From Cyanophora paradoxa CCMP329 (Eukaryota; Plantae; Glaucophyta), in NCBI GenBank assembly GCA_004431415.1, contig QPMI01000406.1:1-64000 (forward strand): a stretch of 64,000 bases of DNA, given 5' to 3'. How positions within the stretch are numbered: position 1 is the stretch's first letter; every line of letters begins with the position of its first letter. Positions 59,053 through 64,000 of this stretch are shown piece after piece. The notes below the pieces were generated by a model. It did not search any database. It had not been told where the DNA came from and worked only from the letters and a program-made list of their open reading frames with translations. The position numbers and the translations under genes are program-made.

Positions 59053-62000
59053 ATGCCGCGCGCAACCAACAGAATCGCTAACAATGTTCGGGATGAAATT
59101 ATCGGATACATTATGCAGGGATTGAGTCAGGATTTGCTAACCGAAGAACAGGCGCATTGGGCGATGCACAACACAATGAATCGGAAGCCCAAGCTCCAAA
59201 CGCTGATCGACATTCGGATACTCTGAATGGCATCATTAATCCCGCGTTTTCCGCAGGGCAGAGCGGAAAGAAAGCGGCCGCTCGCACCCAAGTTAAATAG
59301 AAAAGCAAAAGCAAAAAGAACAAGAGGCGAAGCGTTTACAGCGCTTCGATCGGCAAACGAAACAGAAAACGGCGCGAAAAGAAGCGAAAACTCGAAGCGA
59401 AGCAGCAGAGAGGTAAACTAAAAGCGGTAGAGGATGCGATTAAACGCACTTTTCTCCGTCATCTTCGAACCTAATGTTCATGAGTCGTATGATGGGGACG
59501 AAATTCACGAGATGGAATCGAGGCGATGATCGATGGGCGACGAAGCGTGTCGAAGATGACGGAGCCGGTGCTATCCTGGCAATCGCTATGCGTTTCTGGA
59601 TGAGGAGCTAATGGACAGCATGCGATGCACCGCGATTATGAGCAAATTCACAGACTACACATTAAATCCAAACGCGTCTGAGTTCGAAGATATTATTGAG
59701 CTTCCCAAATCATCGACATCTAACGCTTGCGGCTACGATATGATCATCTCCACATGGGAGCGTCCATTAAGAAGTGTCAGGAGGCGCCAAAACCGCGATA
59801 TACTGACTTAACTATGTCCTACGACGGTCTCTATAAATTCTTTCACGGTCGCGAACGCACACCTGGCGACTCTCTGGCTCTCACGCTCCGCCATATCGAG
59901 AAATTCTGTAAGAGAATCAGACAGGCTTCCGCGTCTTTGATGTCGACGGAAAGTTAATACACAAATTCGCGGCGGAATCAATTAACAAAAACATCTTTCC
60001 CGCAATATTCACTTTATGATTCACAACAAGCACATCTATATATTCAACGATAACATCAAGTCGCTCGAAATGCGCATGGCAAAGATGGAGGTCGAAGAGC
60101 TCGATAATCATGTTCCTAAGTCGACTCTTCGTTAGCACTCTATAAATTCCGACGTGTCTTACTCACGATATCTTCGCGCACACATCCAAGGATTTGTTAA
60201 AGATCACGCAACTAAACTATCGCCCGACGAGCGCAGTTTCATCCGCATTCTTTATACTGGCGCGAAGGTCTGGAAGGTCTTCTATTTACGTTCCTGAAAA
60301 TGCGATATGAGCCCGCTGTGAAGCTAACACCATCGAAACAGATCGACAGCATCACATTCAAAGCCAATGGCTCGATGTTCTCTATCAAAGATCCACGCAC
60401 AACAGACCACTTTATTGAGCAAGATTTCGAACAGAGGAGTATTATAATAAGGTCTGTGAAATCGGAAGGGATTCCGGAGTCGCTTCTAAATGCGACGAAT
60501 ATCTCACATTACAGCCGAACATGCGCGAAATTCTCACGCACTACAAGCGATCCGCACTAAGTGGCTTTTCTATAGCCGAACCCGAAAGCCACCTACACAG
60601 CTGTCGATATGGCGAAGTGCTACCTTCGATACTGAAAGGCATGCAATATCTTCCGAAATACAATGTTTGATGACTTCGTTCCCTTTAAAGCGGGAAGCGA
60701 TATTCTCGAATACGCGATCTACTACGTGCGTGTCGTTGCGTTTGAGAGAGAGCAAGCACTTTCGCGACGACGAGGATATTGATTATGATGCCGCCATGTC
60801 TCGCAAGATTGATGGAATCGAAATTATACTGGATCGCGCATTTTCGTGAGTGGTCGCTGTTATAATTTCATGACAGGCTACACTCTCTCCATGCATTGGG
60901 CGGACGTAAAGGACAAGATAGAGATTTCGCGGTCGCGGAGCCTTCGCATTTGGTGCCCAATACGTCGATCGCTGAGATGCAAAAGTGCTGTCAAGCGACA
61001 TTCAAACCACAGATAAGAAGCACATTTTAGTGAAAGAGATCGGAATGCTCGGCAAATTCCAAGACTCGCAAACATCCACGAAAATGTTCTACAACCGTGC
61101 CGAGGCTGAGAGGTTCGCCAAGAATGCGGAGGAACAGTAGAGGTGTTTACTTTCAATCCTAAGAATTCGAAACGTGTCAAACTCTTAGCGAATTCGAAGG
61201 TCACATCTATTTCGTTAAGATCAGCTCCCACCGCGAGCTCGTTAACGGATTCCTTCCTATCCACTTTCATATTTACGTCGTACCGTGCTAATATGTTTGC
61301 GCAATACAAGCGCCTGACAGCGCGCGGCACAAGGTTGCCGGGATCAGAACGGACTGTCTATATATCGAAGTTCATGGACAAGTAAGAAAGAGTTCGACCG
61401 AAATGCGTTTGAGAACATGGGCAAATTCAGCTATATTCCGGGAAAAGATGCCCTGAGAATGCACTCCGCCACCACGGGTGTAACTCTCGAATTTCAGGAT
61501 CCCGAGACACTCATTAACCGGTTCTCGCTGAGGGACGAATTTAATCCGGAGTGCTTTAATTGGGTTGCGGAGCTCATAATCGTATGCTTGTCCTTGCTGA
61601 CATGCCCGGAAGTGGAAAGTCGACCTCGGTATTAATGTTTGCCTCTCAAAAGTCAAATTGCTTAGTATTTGCCCTATAACAACAGTGCGCAGAGCTGAGG
61701 GACTCTCTCAAAGTCCGCGGAATCGAGAATATTACCGTTCGTACTTTGTATAATGTTCTCGGATCCGTGTCTCAAATGATCGACCTACGAAGAGGCTATG
61801 AGCGAAAAAGACCAGAGGGCGTTGTCTCGAGTTCAGCCACATTATGTTCGACGAGATATTGCGTATTCTGTAAAGATCTCGCTAAGATCAAGTCGTTTAT
61901 CGATCGCTATCCGGATATCAAATATTTGGCTAATGGCGATACCTATCAGAACGAACCGATTAATGATGAGCTATCGTTTCTGATCGCAAGGGCTACTATA

Positions 62001-62923
62001 AGCGCGCTGTGCAGAGCATGTTCCCTAACGTCCTGAGTCTACGCATTAACAGCGGCACAAGAAGGAGACAGACGTGAATTAATTCGGGCGATTAAAGAGG
62101 ATCTCTTCGAGAACGGACTGAAGCCGCACAGATTATCTCGAAATACGGTTGCCGACAATTAATGATCTAACGCTATTCCCGACGGCTACTTTGGCATCGC
62201 TTACAGAAACGAAATGACCTTAGCCTACAACAAACTGATGCACGATAGACGCAAAGTAAATATCCAACCGTAGAGGTCAATGGATCAAATTCTACAAGGG
62301 TTTGGAAGTCGTTTGCGCAGGTATCTACGCATTTCGCGGTCTGAGGGAGTCTATAACGCATACACGAATTACACCTATCGAATCACCAAATCACCAAGCA
62401 AATGGTCACATTAACTGACGTTTTCGATGGCGTCACGTTCGAGGTTCCGTGCGCGATGTTAGAACATTTTTCTCTCCCTTATGCAGGAACAGGTCATTCA
62501 CGCAAGGTCTCACACTTGATTCGGGCATTGTCATTTGTGAGGCACGTTCCGCTATAACCACTCGCGAATGGTTCTATACGCTCTCACTCGTAACCGCGAT
62601 CTGTCCACTGTGCTGATTTATACACGATTCACAAGTTCCAAGGAAAGAGCGACTACATCGAATATCTGAAAACGAAGATCCGCGGATATAAATGCCAGGA
62701 TCAGCGTGCCGGGCGCGATTTCACGAGCGGATTATATTACGCCGGAGTGGATATTAGAGCGCAAGAAGCAACAGAAGGGCGCCTGTGCGATCTGTTCCTT
62801 CCGATTCGATTGAGCCGCAAGATCCGAATTATAGGCTCGTCGTGGATCGCATCAAATAAGCGCCCACATCTTAAAGACAATTGTCAACTCGCGCATCACG
62901 GGTGCAATTGCAGCAAAAAATAA
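59053..62923 (+). pseudogene. Family B DNA polymerase-like + SF1 helicase + HNH-like fusion, heavily frameshifted (decay or sequencing error)
   Basis: KLLANS (~61180, PolB motif B), IRTDCLYI (~61345, motif C variant), ADMPGSGKST (~61600), MFDEI (~61845), GDTYQNEPI (~61935), YAGTGHS.QGLT (~62480-62520), C..C...DRI...H..DNC...CN (~62780-62920). Confidence 0.75.
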
Positions 62924-62940
62924 CAGGGTTAATTAGAAGA

Positions 62941-64000
62941 ATGTCACGGATCGTCAGAAGGGTAGCGGGCGAGGAACGGAGACCACCATTCTACTATCGC
63001 GGTTCCTGAACTGAGCAAGTCCCCAAAAAATCACAAAACGCCAAGCAAAATCAAATTTATTAGGAGATGTTCCTTTTAGCATTGCTAACCCGTCCTCTAA
63101 GATCGTGCGACGCATGTATGACCGAAGACAGGTTTAAGAACCCGTCCGCGATATACGAAGAGCTGAGAAAAGAGGACAAGACCCTCACATTAAAGAAGTG
63201 CAAGATGTCGCAGCGAAACAAGAATTTATGCAGATCAACAAGAAGCCCCCGCACCGACCCAAACAGCTTTTATTCCCATCACAGCCCCGCCGTGGTGCTA
63301 CCAAGCGATTCATCTTTTATCTTCATATGGCAGCTATAATTCCGGCTACATTGCAGTCCTTACTCTCATCGAGATGACAGCCGAAAAGCATATGCCAAGA
63401 AGTTAAAGAAAAGAGGGCGCAAGTGTTGCCGCCGCTTTTGCGGAGATGCTTACAGAGCTCCGGCTCGATGATTCGATTGGAGACAGATAACGGCTCAGAA
63501 TTCATCGCGAAGGAGTTTCAGGAGGTCGTTAAAAGCAATGGAATAGAGCACCGCTTTAAACAGGTCGGAGATCACACTTCGCTGGGAATAATGAATCGCT
63601 TTCATTTGACCTAAAAACGATGATAAACAATTACTGTGTCGCATATAATACTGTGCGGTTTATGGACAAGCTGGACGACTTCGTTTTCAATTATAATAAC
63701 ACCATTCACAGAACCATAGGAATGAAACCCGCGATGTTAAGCTTTCTGATATGGAGCGATCCGAGCGGCTATTATTTCAAGGAAGAACACAATCGTAAAG
63801 GATATATTCAGCGACTTTAAGCCGGGTTCCACGTCGTGTATTATTGCCAAGATCAAAGTTTGATAAAGGAGCACCAAAGGTATAGCCGAGAGGTCTACAA
63901 AATTGCGGGAAGGAGAGGAAACGCGATAGAGGTGCAAGATGCAGCGGGAACGTAATGCCGAAGCTTTTTAAGCCGCACGAATTGCAATCATTACAGAGGT
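62941..64000 (+). pseudogene. Retroviral-type (rve) integrase of Polinton/mavirus type, frameshifted, runs off window
   Basis: LETDNGSEF, DHTSLGIMNRF, FNYNNTIHRTIGMKPA, KAYA..LK.K fragments. Confidence 0.88.

Larger units (their letters stand above)
41881..64000. mobile_element. Endogenous Polinton-like virus / Maverick-type integrated dsDNA virus (right end outside window)
   Basis: Abrupt GC drop and dense intron-less genes; MCP, penton-like genes, A32 ATPase, PolB-helicase and rve integrase all present. Confidence 0.92.

Noticed and set aside
41881-64000. Classification as a bona fide virophage (Lavidaviridae) or a bacterial prophage contaminant
   Set aside because: No maturation cysteine protease seen and the MCP is shorter with different motifs; A32 ATPase, DJR MCP and rve integrase with no terminase/portal argue against a tailed phage.

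Overview
Eukaryotic nuclear DNA in two compositionally distinct parts. (1) 1 to ~41,880 is very GC-rich host DNA with many short introns, many with GC donors. It holds two tandem-repeat arrays, a ~2.1 kb non-coding, hairpin-dense element with ~555-bp direct repeats, an AP2-like gene, a secreted LamG-type gene, a plastid-targeted miaB, a ~15 kb LamG/Cys-rich-repeat membrane-protein gene, a TPR-like/zinc-finger/RING gene and an F-box gene. The MAAF- transit peptide of MiaB suggests a glaucophyte such as Cyanophora (inference only). (2) ~41,881 to >64,000 is an AT-richer, intron-less endogenous Polinton-like virus (PLV/Maverick-type). It encodes a double jelly-roll major capsid protein, two head-to-head penton-like genes, an A32-type packaging ATPase, a patatin-discoidin fusion, three phage-like fibre genes plus a putative fibre chaperone, a frameshifted PolB-SF1 helicase-HNH fusion and an rve integrase running off the window. 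All calls come from motifs read by eye; no searches were run. Exon boundaries and gene ends are approximate, and many viral frameshifts may be long-read indel errors.
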